Source of the DNA: Haplodiscus bocki
Taxonomy: Eukaryota
Assembly (NCBI GenBank): GCA_965655095.1
Contig: OZ296659.1
Location: 76,074,001 to 76,138,000, forward strand
Direction of reading: 5' to 3'
Length of the DNA: 64,000 nucleotides
The position numbers and the translations under genes are program-made. Below the pieces are notes generated by a model, which searched no databases, had not been told where the DNA came from, and was given only the letters and a program-made list of their open reading frames with translations. Below, in pieces: positions 11,898 to 25,839 of this stretch. How positions within the stretch are numbered: position 1 is the stretch's first letter; the number at the start of each line of letters is the position of its first letter.

Positions 11898-13238
11898 CGT
11901 ATGACATACTTACTTCCATGATATTTAACTACTGATAGCGTTAATAAAATAAGTTTATTAACTTAAGCTATCTCACTTTCACAAAATTGCATTTCGAAAT
12001 CATTATTTTTCCCTATGGATCTTTTCTGTTTACCCCTCCCCCTCCGCACCAGTAGTAACGAGAAGTTTAATCCCCCCCACCCACACGCGCAAGCGAAGTC
12101 TTCTCTGATTGGCTAAATGGATAAAATTTAATCGAGCGTGAGCTAAACCACTACGCCCGTTTACTATTTCACTTATCCATTATGATGTGGGGGAGGGAGA
12201 GTTATCCAAAAAAATCTCGCTTTTGCAAAACAACCGTTTTTTAGTATTTAAAATGATTTTCTTCAAGAATAAATTCAGGAAAAAAATCCTTCACACAGTC
12301 ATTGGTACCCCTCCATTCTCCAAAAAGCTCTCCATTTTCTTCATTTTACAGAAGGCGGCGGCTGATCTTGGCGGTTATTAGATATTACTTGAAGCGTTTA
12401 CAAGATAGTAGGACCAGCAGGAGCCGATTCAGTTGAACTCCTCCAGTCCAAGTTGTCTTCAAGTGTGTTCAACTGAGAATTATGATTATGATAACATAGT
12501 CACAGCAACAGCCTGCTCCTAAGTGCCCCTAAGTGCAAAACAAGCAAAGCAAGATGAAAGTGGAACTAAGCGCCAACTTCAAAGATCGTTTCCCGCAGTT
12601 TTGTTGGCGGCGACAATTCTCGTAAGAACACAGATCGGTTTTGTGTTACAGTTGACCGCCGGCACCATGGTAAGAGAGTGTATGTCCAAATATGGTAAAG
12701 GATTTGTGTTCATGCTTGCAGAATACAAAAGAAGTAACAGATTTTGAATGGTTTTATGAAAGTGAATCATGTCTGTATGTTCAGGGTCATCAATGAAAAA
12801 ACTAACAAACTTTTTTCCGAGTTAGCTGAACGTCTTTCTGGGTTGATTTCAAAAATTACACGTTAATTAAGGTAAAAATGTTGTCTGAAACTGTAAATCA
12901 TTTGAGTCAGTTGGCTCGGAAATTATAAAAACTAGAAAAGCCATGATCATGGCCGGGACAGTGATTGCATTTAATTTGAACGTTATATTAATGCTCAAAA
13001 TATTTTCCTGAAAATTTCAAACAAATAATTTTCCAAAACAACAGCATCAAATTCAAACTGACTGATCAAATTGATTCTGTCAAAGTGATAGCAGTCCACC
13101 AATGATTCACAGTCCCGTTTTATTTCAATCAATGTACAAGCACAGCATACTTATGACTTCTTAAAAACGAACTTGCCCGCTTATCTACGAAAAATTTTCA
13201 CCTTTACGGCTACTCTACGATGGCAGTTCTTTTCCACC

Positions 13239-14629
13239 CCCGGGTTGAGCTCTCATAGATATTCAGTCATTTTCAGCGCTGATTCAGAGATTTTTGCGTT
13301 TTCAGCGATGTTCAGTGCTGAACCAGCAGACTTTAATTTTGACATCTCTGGTCATAACTGATTCAGTGATGAACATTTCTGAACATCTCTGATTCAGCGC
13401 TGAACATTACTGGCAAGCAGGAAACCGTCAAAGACCATGAAAAAAGTCAAAAAAGTGTTTTTTTTTTCAAAATTGATGCTGAAGAGACGAGAAATCAAAA
13501 ATTTCGGAATAACTTTTAATGGGTTATTTTGAAAAATTCGAAAAATTTGATTTTTTCCGAAAACTGTATTTTCTTTTGATTCCGTGTCAGAAGACTTCTT
13601 AACAAGAACAAAACCGAGGAAAGATACTAAAATACCTCCTCTAATCGGGAAAAAAACGTTACAGGAGTTAATTTCGATGTTTTTACAGTGTTTTTGAAGC
13701 GAACATGTAAAGTCTCTGCGCCAGCAATGTTCATGGCTGGATCAGAAGAAATCAGTAATGTTCAGAGCTGAATCAGTATTTTTCAGAGATGATGCAGAGA
13801 AAATAAGTTATTTTCAGAGCTGATTCAGTATTGTTCAGAATTCATCAGTGTCTATTCGACGGAGCAGAATTTTATTTCCTAATCACATTCTGGGGGGGGG
13901 GGGGTTCAGGAATTACGTGTAAAGAATAACGTCTAAATCAATTTCGGGAATAAAACCTAAAGCCATGCCAAGTTCTTCCAATATTTTAGTACATTGTGTT
14001 TTGGTCGTTATTGATTTAGACGTTACTCTCGAGTGACTTTAACATGTTATTCTTTTGATGTTTTAGGGGTTTTAGATCTTATTCTGTTTTGATGTTTTAG
14101 ATCTTTATCCCACTTTTTTGTGGGGGGGGGGGGATAACATCTTAAATCATTTCGGGAATAACGCCTAAAGCAATATGATGCTCGCTCTGTTCTAGTTTTT
14201 TTTTGCCTGATGTTTAGAGCAGTTCTCAGACATTTTCAGTAATGTTATGAGATTTTCATGAATGTTCAGCTATGTTCAGGCATTTTCAGAGATGACCATA
14301 GATTTTCATAGTTATTCAGCGGTTCGCAGACATTTTCAGTAATGTTCAGAGATTTTCATAGGTGTTAAGCGATGTTCAGTAATTTTCAGTAATGATCAGA
14401 GATTCTCAGTTCTGATAATAGCTGTTTCAGCTCTGAAAATCGCTGAATTCTTACTCTGTAATAACACTGATCATGGCTGTTTTAGCTCTGAAACAGTGAT
14501 TTTCATGGAAATTCATGCAATGTGCATCAATTATCAGTTCTGAATCATTCTGAAAAATCTATTTACATCGCTGAATCAATCTGGAGTTTCCATGATCATC
14601 GCTGAAAGTAGTAAAGACGTCAACCCGGG
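13239..14629. mobile_element. Non-autonomous CACTA/EnSpm(CMC)-like TIR element with subterminal TTCAG/CTGAA repeats
   Basis: TIR CCCGGGTTGA (13239-13248) / TCAACCCGGG (14620-14629), with CC on both sides (possible 2-bp TSD). Interior is full of ttcag/ctgaa motifs. Apparent nested insert at ~13860-14190 with two poly-G runs and repeated aaatca(a)tttcgggaataa. Confidence 0.7.
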
Positions 14630-16185
14630 CCGGCTTTCGACTTTTTTTCCAATAGCTGGAGCTATTTTTCCGACGAAACAAAATCGCAACTCCTTTGATT
14701 CAACGGTTGGTTATTTTTCAATGATGAGAGTTTTGTTACTGCTGTAAATACTTTTCTGTTTTGTGTCAATATTTTATTTTTGTTACATTACACGTATCAA
14801 TGTTCATTGAAATTTCTATTACACATTCAATTAAATATCTGTAAATTCATCTCTTTCAAAAAAAATTTTGGACGAAACTTTTTCATAGAACTTTCTAAAT
14901 TCCGACATTAGTTGCTCGAACTTATGACAACCATCAAACATCGATGTGTTGCGTGCTGCGACAGAAAAACACTAAGATTTGATTCGAGTTTACAATGTTC
15001 ATAAAAGAATTGACAGCACTTTCAATCAATGTGTTTCAGGAAAACTTGCTGGATTATTAGACCAACTTTTGTCATTTTAAAGACCAGCTGCACTGCAGAT
15101 TTTGATTTTTTTTGGATGATTGAAGCATCTGTGAAGCGAAGCTTTTGAGATGACTCAGGAAAATTTTGAAATCGCACGGCGTTTTTTAAGTATCATTCGT
15201 TCTAATTCCGTGACATTTCTTTGTGTGACTTTAACTGGAAGCGTTATATCTCAGACCGTATTGATCAGAGCGTTCTATTTCTTGGAAATCCGTGGAAGAG
15301 ATCCTAAATAATCATATCTCAAAATATCGACGTCCGAGAATTTTTCACTGCGAAGTTATTGGCAAAATAACTTGCAAACGCAGAAATTTTTCAGGACAAA
15401 CTGTTAAATTTGACAAAAATCAAATCACAACAAAATGCATGCGGTGGGTATGAGTATTGGTTGAATTGATTCAGAGCCAATGTGTCCTGATGCTTGCTTG
15501 GTAAATGAAAATTTGCATTTTTTCGACCGAGATGAAGTAGGAAACCTTGCAAAAAATGTTGAAAAACTCAACTGTTTTCGTTTCAGCATCACGATTAAGT
15601 GTGAATGTAGGTTGATTGGTATAAACCACGACTCGATTGCATCTCAGAAAACCCATCACACTATGGCAAATGGAACCAAGACACCGCGTTTTTTAACAGT
15701 TTTTCAGAGCGATAAACTATAAGACACTTAGAGAAACATGCATCAAAATTGATTCATGTTAAAAACTGTTCAAAGGCAACTTATTTGTCATAGAAAATGT
15801 GGTTTTTATATTGTCAGCTCAAAATTTGGATGACCAAGAATAGCTCAAATTTGAATGGAACATCATGCCAAAATAGTTTTGTTTAAAAAGAGTTGGCTAG
15901 TTTTGTTCATCATAGACATTAAAATAGGAACTATTTCTCAATTTTAATGATTGATGGCTCAGAGTATCCGAAAAGAAAGATTCTACTTCTTATTTCTCTT
16001 TTTTTTTTAAATAGAAGTTTTCCAATGTAATGATTATGAGACCGCTAGCTAAAATCAGTTTTTTTTCACCTTTCCGAAAAAGTCTTGTTTAACTTTAGAT
16101 TGAAGATCTCAACTTTTCTCCCAAATTCATTGAAACGTGTTGTTTTCCTAATTGAAAGTTTTTGTTTGAAAGCAACGTTTTAACA

Positions 16186-19100
16186 TGTTATGGGCCCAAA
16201 GTTCTTAATCACTCTTTGCAAGTTTTGATAAGTAAAGTGTTGTTTGCTAACTGTCACGGACCAGGAAAAGTGATCTCTCCTAAGATATAGGTGTAGGTCA
16301 CCATTATGATGTGTGGGTCTTTAGCCTTACGATTCTGTACTCCTAGATCCAATTTTCAGATAGGGTTAATAAAAGTAAGGGGCAGCAAATGTGGGGCTGA
16401 CTGGTGGGTTATTGATCACCTTCTGGAAGGGAACATTTTCCTAGACAGGACTTTTGTGCTTTCACACATGCCTCCGTGAAAGGAGGATCTTTACCAAATT
16501 AGGAAGTTCTTTTGCTGCCTCCAAAACAAAAAAGTTCTTTCTTTGAAAAATTGAAAACTAAAAGGAAATGGAGAAGACGGTCAATAGTCCCAATAAATGT
16601 ACTACTTTGGACCACAAAAGAATTTTTACATCGTGAGCAGTCGGTTCATTGATTTCGTTCCAAAGAGTTGCCTGCTAGAAGTGTTGAAAGGAACAAAGAC
16701 TATCGTAGCGAGACTATGAATTTTCGCAAAAAGTCAAGTCCATCGGATGAAAAGCAGAAAAGACGCAGCACAACTGGAAACACACCACGTGGCTGTCCGA
16801 GGAGCAGCCAGAAACAGAAAAACTCTGGTGCTATCTGGCAACGTTTCTGGATAACACAAGTCTGATACTGATCAAGCTTGATTATGGGGATAGAGACGGA
16901 GAAGAAGATGGTTAAAATCGTGGATGATGTTACAATGACGTTTCCAAAGTGATGAAATAGTCGCAGTGATCAGTGTAGTGAGACAACTGGCCAAGCTACA
17001 ATTGAAGAAAAAAGATGAAAGGCTGGACAATTATTTCACTCTAGCCCAAAGCTTCTGAGCTGCTCAAGTCGTACGGGAGAAGATATGTCGGAGCCGTTGT
17101 TCAATGCCATGATCTACGACCGGATTCCCGAGAAAAGAGAACACTTTGTGGCTCAAAAGAGCTTGAACCTGGCCTATTTTTTCATGAGTTGAGAACGCTA
17201 CTCTTCATTCATAAAGAGGGATGGGTCACCGTGAAAGTGTTGAGGACATCCAAGTATGTAGCCGTGGCCAGCAAAAGACTTAACATAATCAATCAATGCT
17301 ATCAGAAGGGCACACCATAGTCAGTTTTAGCAATTGTAGTACTAAATCTGCTAGGGCATTTTCAGTTATTTTTCAAGACACTGCCGGAAGAAAAGTAAAA
17401 AAGTGAAGCTTAAGGCAAACTTCAGCGCGAGGATCATTGAGCGGACGCATGGTGTTTCAAGAAATGGGATAAAAAGTCACCTCAGTTGAGCAATTTGGCT
17501 TCAAGGTTGCATTCTAACGAGTTGAACGAGGCAACAGTGAATGAGCTCGTCTTCGGCTCAGACACTACCCATTATTAATAATTGATTTACAATGGTTTTC
17601 TATTTAGGAAGAAGTAAACAAACGTCAAAAATTTTGACTGACTTTGAACTAAAGTTACAGAAGCAGGCTATATAGATCCTCGGCTGAAAACACTCTCTGC
17701 AAAATTAAGCAGTGCTGTTTGGAAAATGTGTTTCATGTCACAGATAACAAAACAAACTTAGTTGCTGTATCAAAAATTTGACCACAGGACCTCGCATTCT
17801 TCACAATGGGGGAGAAAGTTTTTCATGTTTCAAATCAATTGAACACTTCAAACTTGTATGATGAGGAGAACTTTTCGTTTTGCAGTATTCTCCTTGAGAC
17901 AACATGAAGTGCATCCTAAGTGTGGGAAAAAAGAGTGCAGGCATTTGGCGCAAACGAATGAAGAAATCGAACCAAAAAGACTTCCAAACTATTATCTTCG
18001 ATATTGTTGACGCTTTCACTTTCCGTAAATGAGAAGCATATGCTCTTGCAAAAGTGAATAAAGTTTTTGTCCCCAGATTCACGGGCACTAAAGTAGCAAA
18101 ACTTCTATAACGTGTCTTTTCACAGGTTGTAGTACCTTTAAATCCAGCCACCGCTCATGGCTAGCTTCAATGACGACAAAATTTCTTTCGCTACTGTTAA
18201 ATGCTTCCCTCATAAAAGCGGTTTGTTAGAAAGTTGAACGGATCTAAAAAGTTTGTTGCTGAGTACGGCACAGCAAAAAGTTTACGTTGTGACAATGGAA
18301 CTGAATAATTAAAAAATGAAAATCAAGAAAATCCGTGCTGAACACAAACGTGAAAAAGAATTCACTGTCTCTGAGAATCCGGAGAATTTTGGGGTGATTG
18401 AACGCTATAACCATACCGTTGCTCAAAAAGCAAGCAGTTTTTTCGCTGATTCCAAATTTTCGAAAACGTAATGGCTCAAAACCACTTTTACGGCAGGTTT
18501 TCTGAAATTTCTCATATTCAGTCAAAAAACTCGAAACAGCCTTTCCAGAGGTTTACCTGTAGAAGAACACGAACCGATCAACTGAAAGTTTATGAGTCTT
18601 GATATTCTGAAAAATACTGGCTAACAAAAGCCTACATTCATCCCCATGACCAAAAACATGTGCTATTTGGTAATGAAAGCAATAGTAGGGCTTACTTACT
18701 GCCAGGTCTTGGGAGTGTTTTTGCTACAAATATGATCATTTGTGAAATTGACTGCGCTCTTTTGAAAAAAAAAGAGGAAGACGACGTTTTTTTTGGACCT
18801 TGAAAAGCATTCTTTTCAAGAGAAATCTGGCATTGAGATAATTGAGATTGAAGTATATTGTCAAAATCAGCCTTAGCAATCATCAGTCAAAACAAAAGAA
18901 TACTCAGCGGCTTTTGATGAATGTCCGCAGCATCTAAGCGGATCAATATTGAATTTTCTACTATCGACGCATATGGGAGAAAAGCAACAACTAAAAATGA
19001 CAAAAGGCACTGTTCATCAGGAATCACAGTCGATCGAAAACATTCAGTAGAAGTTCGAGAGCAGAAAAAAAAGTCAGTAAGCTATTATACTTCATTGAAA

Positions 19101-20467
19101 CAAAGTGCGCCTCGCTGTTCTAGAGTTCCTATTGCACAGACCGAAGCCCAAAATTCAAATGATTCTGACCAAGTATCACAAACAGAAGATACTGGCGGGA
19201 TGAAAACGCGTTTTAATAGACCAGATATGACGAGGCAGGCTAACTAAAATTGGCAATAACTTGAGCACCGACAAACCTATAAAAAGGGGTCTGAGATTTG
19301 TACAATGTTTGTTACTGAGAAACAAGGCACTGAGGCGTCTGACGAGCTGAGACTAACTTACATGACAACGAACCTGCAACATCTAATTGCGAGAAGTTCT
19401 GCTTCTCGATCAATAGACTCCAACTGAGCCGAAAAAACCAAACAATTCATGATGCCATTATTTCCGAAGAAATACATTTATAGAGGAAAACAATGAAGCA
19501 AGAGTCGGCTTCACTCAAGCAGTGACACTTGGAAAGTAATCGAAGGGACTGCAACAAAAACAGTCTTTTTGGAAGTATGGGTCTACAAAGTGAGAACTGA
19601 ATCAGTTTGTCAAATAAAAAATTTTTAGAGCCTATTAGAAATGTAGCACTATTTTTTAAACAAATAGAAAGAATCTGTTACTTCAAAACGTTCTCACCGT
19701 TTTTCAACCCTGGGTCTGCTAGAACTCCCCTGCTTTGAGACAAAAGTTTACTTTGAGACAAACGTTTGTTAGTTCAGGCAATTTGCATTTACTAGTAGAT
19801 CAAATTGTTTATTTAGAACGGCAGGTGAGGTTTGAAGAAAAGTGACAAAATGAAAAAAGAAACAAATATGAATTTGTAGATAAAAAAAGTCTATCTACGT
19901 ACTTTCACAGGTAACTAACGATTGGTATAGGGAGTTAACAAAACTTCCCTTTAACCAATGCTTCAACCGAAGTAAAAGTGACTACTGTGTGTTTCCGGAA
20001 GTCGGAGAAATATGAAATGTTATTCTGATTTGGGCAGATGGTCTAATCATAGCCAGTTCGAGCACAGCCAGAAGAGAATCACTAAAGGTTCTTTGTATCA
20101 TAAAACCAGCACGAACGATTCAATTGTCATACGGATGTTTTAGGCGTTAGGTACCAGAGTTGAAACTACCGATGGCAAAGTAATTCAGAACTTGAAACTA
20201 GCATCACGAGCTCACCACAATAAGTTACCTTGCAAATTTTCAAATCAATTAAAATACTAGCAAAACTGAATCTGAATAATTAGAAAAAAAATTGACAAAG
20301 ATCTCGTTGATTGTCAATTTATCAAGTTCTAGTTGGTTCCTTCTTAGACGTGGCAAAAGACACTAAAAGAGACCCAGTTCGGTTAGTAATTTACCGAACT
20401 ATTGATTTGAATTGAAGCTGATTTCGGCACATTGGTATCGACAGTGGGCAAGGCTTTTGGAACTAAT
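16186..20467 (+). mobile_element. Heavily decayed Ty1/Copia LTR retrotransposon (gag-INT-RT order), cut off by the assembly gap
   Basis: Copia-type PBS-like gttatgggccca after ...aaca (16186-16198). gag remnant FNAMI (~17100). Integrase KKFVAEYGTAKSLRCDNGTE (18246-18305) and GVIERYNHTV. RT remnants WVYKV, FNRSKSDYCVF, LIWADGLII (decayed YVDD-type site, ~20030) and YQVLVGS. Many stops and frameshifts. Confidence 0.8.
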
Positions 20468-20667
20468 NNNNNNNNNNNNNNNNNNNNNNNNNNNNNNNNN
20501 NNNNNNNNNNNNNNNNNNNNNNNNNNNNNNNNNNNNNNNNNNNNNNNNNNNNNNNNNNNNNNNNNNNNNNNNNNNNNNNNNNNNNNNNNNNNNNNNNNNN
20601 NNNNNNNNNNNNNNNNNNNNNNNNNNNNNNNNNNNNNNNNNNNNNNNNNNNNNNNNNNNNNNNNNNN
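20468..20667. other. Assembly gap (200 N)
   Basis: Run of N. Confidence 1.
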
Positions 20668-23439
20668 ATATCATATTTTGTGAAATAAGGGGGTGTTTTA
20701 TCCAGTACTCTATTTATTGATTGTTTCTGATTTGATCTTCAAATAAGGGCAACGGATATGCCTGTACGTCCGAGTTTCGCCTGTTGAAATCAACTCTGTA
20801 GTTTAGGCCGTCACAAGTGGCAGCCTTTGACTGCCCCTGATGGTAACGTGTTTTCATCCACATCTGTGAAGGACTTAGGTCGTCTGTGCATAACAGTTTT
20901 TTGATATCCTGCACGTTCCTTGAGCCAAGGACGTCAGCGCCTATTATTTTCAACTTGTTGCTGATTGATTTTACCTTCAGTACTTTTTGAGTGTGTTCTC
21001 GTAAAAGTGACTATAATTTTCTTTATTGCAGGTGTTTTCAATTCATCTTTGTCTAGTGTACTTACATCTTCCTTTCTGTTCTCCATTCAAACTAGGAGAA
21101 TATTCCCATCTGGAGATTCAAAAATGAAATGTGAGTTTGAATCTATCGCAGTAAAAGTTTCATCCATAGGTAATATTGGGACCTTTGGAAATTTCACGTT
21201 TGGATTCCATAACAAGAAAAAAATACTCAAATGTTAATTACGTAATGATACAGGATGACATTGCATTTGGCAAAATCGGCGTCACGCGGTCAAAAAATGG
21301 AAGGTAACCAAAAGATTTCGATACATAGAAACTTTTTGTTGGTTCTGAGACCTCGAATTTTTGTCAATTTTCATGTAGTACTTGGACCCTGAGAACTGCC
21401 CCACAAAATACTTACCACGTGATACTATGTTTAAAAAAGTTTTGTATTAGCATGTGTTACCGCTGAAGTTGATATAAAACCATGATTATCCAATTTTTTC
21501 GTAATCTGATATTCAAAAGCCTATATATTAAGTTAATCTGGTGTTATCAGCCGCCATTATCGCCGCAGCAGCTAAAATGTAATTGCTCTACCTTTATGCG
21601 CAGTTTTTTTGGAAACGAAGACAAAAATTTTAAAATTGCTAACCACAATTTGCTTTTTAGAAGTATAACTTATGCTGTAGTTTCGGCGGAATTAAGTCCT
21701 TTAGTAAAGACTTAACATGCATTTTCCTCAATTGAGAACATAAATGCGTCAAGGTGTTCTGGTGTCTGTCATATTGAAACAATTAACCTATTTTTGATCA
21801 GATTGTAGAAATATTTTTATACTCTTTCAGTAAATTTGATATTGTGTAGCTCTATTTTGTATTTCCTGTGCTTTCCACTTCTATCAAAACACCACAGGTG
21901 CCACTGTCGTGTGTTTTATTTGGTTTGGCATCCATTGTGCTTGCTCTGGTGTTAAATACCCTTTTTAGTTATTTTAAAATCTAGGCCGATTTCATACATT
22001 TGCTCATTATGGAATCATATTCTACAATCATCCGGCTTGGATAAAAATGTTTGTTCTCCTTTGTTTTCTCTCCACCTACTTGTTTTCAGCCGTCACGTGT
22101 TAAGTTTGGTCCCGACCGCCGCATTCCGTAATTCAGTCACGATGTACTGGTTTGTTTTTTTTGTTACAATAGTTTGCTATGTGAGGAGGAATTATACCAA
22201 GTAGTTAGTCAAGTTCTGGGTATCACAAGAAAACAATTGGTTGAGAATTCGAACTCTGAGCTGCTCAATTCTCGAGCGTCGAGCTGTGAAGACGGATTTT
22301 GATCCTAGTTGAGACTATTATCAGCAAAAGTCCGATGTCAGAAGACAATTTACAGTTAGATACTCTCAAATTTAATTACAGCTAAAAAGTGCAGCTATCT
22401 CAAGTCAATTGAAACTTCGGACACTGCATTGGGGAAAGAATGGCGTTTGAAAGAACAAAAATACTGTCACAGCATGTCTGCAAGGCTTGCGGACAATAGC
22501 TTCCAGAGCCAAAGGACAAACCAGGTTTGTCGTCAGCAAACTAAAAACTCAAGACTGAAAAATTTATTTAAATATAAATACAGTACATTACTTTTTCATC
22601 AATTGTATGTGAAGGATAGGTAGTAGTGACGTATCAACCTTGTGCACAAATAGGTAATTTATGTAACCGATACGTAGTAGTTACGTATCGTTCCATAATT
22701 TATACTACATCTAAAGAGCACGTTTCCAATACGAGTAATTTCGGTCAACTGATCCAGATTGGGGCGGAGCAACTCCGGAACAAACCGATAGTCATCTACT
22801 TTCGCTACTGTATGTTTATAATATTAATAGGTGCTACTTATATAACTAATTTAACTAAATATTATATAAAACCACTTTCTCAAATGACTTGTTTGGTAAT
22901 TTCAAATCAAGATTGACAGTGTCAACAAATTTGCAAGAACGATCATAGCTAATATTACAGAGCGTGACTTTAAAAGTGAATCTTTGTTCTGTATGTGTTC
23001 CGTCGTAACGAATGAGGTGACGTCAATAGATTTTCAGTCAATCCGCTGTGCTACTATGCTGTGTCACTTTGGACGGACACGGAACAGTTACGTAGCCACC
23101 CGATTCATTCTCCTCAGTAGCACTGCGAAGAGCAATGCTACAAGGGGCTACGTGGTCGCTCCGGAAGGCTTCATCCAAAATGAGGAACTGGCTAATTAAA
23201 ATGAGGGACGGGCCAGGAAAGAACCTAGTTTTGTTCCCAGCAGTGGATTTAATCGGTGCAATGTCTAAACACATGTAAATATGAACTTTATCCGTCATTT
23301 ATATGTAATTTATTTTATGTAATTTATTGACATTAGGTGTATTTTTCAATAATTCCCTCTTATGCCGAATCTTTATTCATGTTTCGTTTATGTTGTTAAT
23401 TTTTGTGTTGGCACGGGAATAACCACTTTGATGTCAATT

Positions 23440-24174
23440 TTTGACGGGTGAGACCCGTATTTTTCCGTCGAAAGATGGAAAAGACGCGGTCTTAAGAGGA
23501 AAAAATGAACGTAGAGATGTTATTTCTCGCCTGAGTTGGCATTTTTCTTTCAGAGATATTAAGATTAAACTGCTTTTCCTTATTTGTACCTCGAATTGGT
23601 GTGTAAACAAATTTGTTTCCCGCCAAGAAAAAGGTAAAAAAAAGAGAAACGAAAGAACTACGGGGAATATTTAATTTTGTAGACTTTGGTTCTATATTAA
23701 CTTTCTTGAGAACGTTAACTGTTTGCTTTTGATTGAAACTATTCCCTCATAAAAGGAGGAAATGTTCGTTTTAGTTATCCAATTAAAAATTTTATTCAGT
23801 CTTCACAACTGTCGAAACTTTTGCTTCGGAATCATGGCAACTTTGAGGAATAGGCAGAAACCAGCGGATGTTTCCAGAGTTCATCTCCCAGTTTTCTGAA
23901 AAAATTGAAGGCAGGGTCATTAAGAAACTTTCCAAAGAATTTAGCGAGACAGAGTCTCGTGTTTTGGGTGCTTTGTCTGAGCTTAATGAATATTTTCTGA
24001 ACCCACAAGTTCGGACTTGTTCCGTAGCTGTTCCGTGAACATTCAGGAACAGCGGCTCAGAAAACCGGGAACCCACCGGGGATGGTTCCCTAGGCGATCC
24101 CTCTCCCGAAGCGGTGTTCTCCACCTACTGCTTTAGTGATCTAAATGATTCAGAACAGGAAGAGACTCATGACA
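23440..24174 (+). repeat. 5' LTR (start approximate)
   Basis: 3' 272 bp match 33458-33729. Ends ctcatgaca, followed by PBS-like ttgtgacaggag. Confidence 0.7.
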
Positions 24175-25340
24175 TTGTGACAGGAGTTCAAGAAGGGTTT
24201 TTCTGCCGTTCCCCTGGAACTTCGTCAGGAAAACAAAAGGAGGCGCGCTCTGTAAGTCAGCCACAATTTCGCAGCGAACCCCTGCGGCAATTGAAGCAGA
24301 CCGGATACTGTTGGCCTTCAACAATTGGCAACGAACAGTAATTCAGCCAATTTCAAAAACAACGTTGCCCAGATCCCTCAGAACAACAATGCCCACCTTT
24401 GACGGGGAATCAAGGAAATTCGAAATGTTTGAAGATCTGTTCCAAACAACTTCGAAAATCAATAATCAACTCACACAAGAAGAAAAAATAAACTACTTCC
24501 ACTCTCTCATGCAAGGTGATGCCCTACAAACATTCAAAAACGTCACCAGCCGCAACAGAGAGTATTTCGGAGAAATTTTGACTATGTTCCGTGGAAAACA
24601 CGTGACAACTCAGTCAATGGCTACAGCAAAACACAAATTCCAACGACTGGTCTTCAATCCAGCGAACTAGAAGTCAATTGATTTTCTAGATGAACTCCAC
24701 AAGCTAGCCAAATATGCAATCGGAGTTACTGCTCAGGCGATCATTGAGAAATTCCTATATGCCAAAATGCCTCCTCACCTGAAGAAATCAATCAACCAGG
24801 CGCATTTGGAGAATAGCACATATGAAGAGAGTGTGTCACATCTTGAAAAGGAGTCAGAATTGAGTGGTTTTGAAGCCGAAGATGAACTACAGATAAAAAC
24901 TGTGACGCAACAAACCACACAACGAAACCCAAAAAAACCAAAACGAGTTTGCCACAACTGCAAAAAGCAAGATCACTATCGAAAGCAGTATCGTCATCCC
25001 AAACGAGAGAAGGACCAGACCCTAAACAAAACGAATAGTGCTGACAATAACCACAATAATATTAGTGGTCAAACAAACTCTATCTCCAACAATAAATTTC
25101 CCAACAATACCAACGCAAACATTACAAATAATCGAAAAAACAAGACCTAGACCTGTCTATCAACCGTGAGAGGCCTGTGGCAAAACAAACCACTCCACAG
25201 ATAACTGCTACTTTGGAGCAAACGGAGCGAACGGATCACGTCCCCGGAATGGACGACCGGAGGGACAGAATCAACTCCAACAAAGAAATGCCCAAAGCAA
25301 CTCAGATGGGAATGTTCAAGCTGCAGCCCAAACTTTAAAC
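24175..25340 (+). pseudogene. gag: Gypsy gag (fragmented)
   Basis: MPTFDGESRKFEMFEDLF..., CHNCKKQDH knuckle, and a second decayed knuckle (CGKTNHS, ~25175); stops and frameshifts. Confidence 0.85.
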
Positions 25341-25839
25341 TAAAAACGCCACGTTTATACTCCGGAACTGCACGTGATTGACCGGAAACAGCTAAAATAA
25401 CAAAAATTCCACCAGTTCCCAAGGTTGCCTGGCAGCAAGCCCCGGAGACATTCACAGATCATTACAGTTCAGATAATACTACTAATGACTCTACAACACA
25501 ATGTACTACAAAGACTTCGAAAACAACTGTATCAAGTCAAAAAATGCCAATCAAGTGAGCTCAACCATAGAACTACGTAGTTAACACGGAGCAACCCCCA
25601 GGAAACCAAACAGGGAACGAACGGGTACCGTTCCTTAACTGCTCCAACAATTGTCCTACTGATATCCAGGAATTAGAACAACACGTAATGACTACTTTTT
25701 CTCGGAGCTACCATCATTCCACCACTCACGACAACGACCCTACTAATGAGGAAGGGTTGGTGGGAGATGAACAAAGTATTGAGGTTTTTCTCTCATTAAC
25801 CTCTACGGTAGTCCTGAAACGAAAACAGGAAAATTTTAT

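Noticed and set aside
12500-12650. CPKC...KDRFPQFCWR, resembling the Merlin/ISXO2 transposase N-terminus
   Set aside because: Requires frameshifts, and no DDE core or TIRs were seen
20399-20720. ORFs spanning X runs
   Set aside because: Artefacts of the N gap
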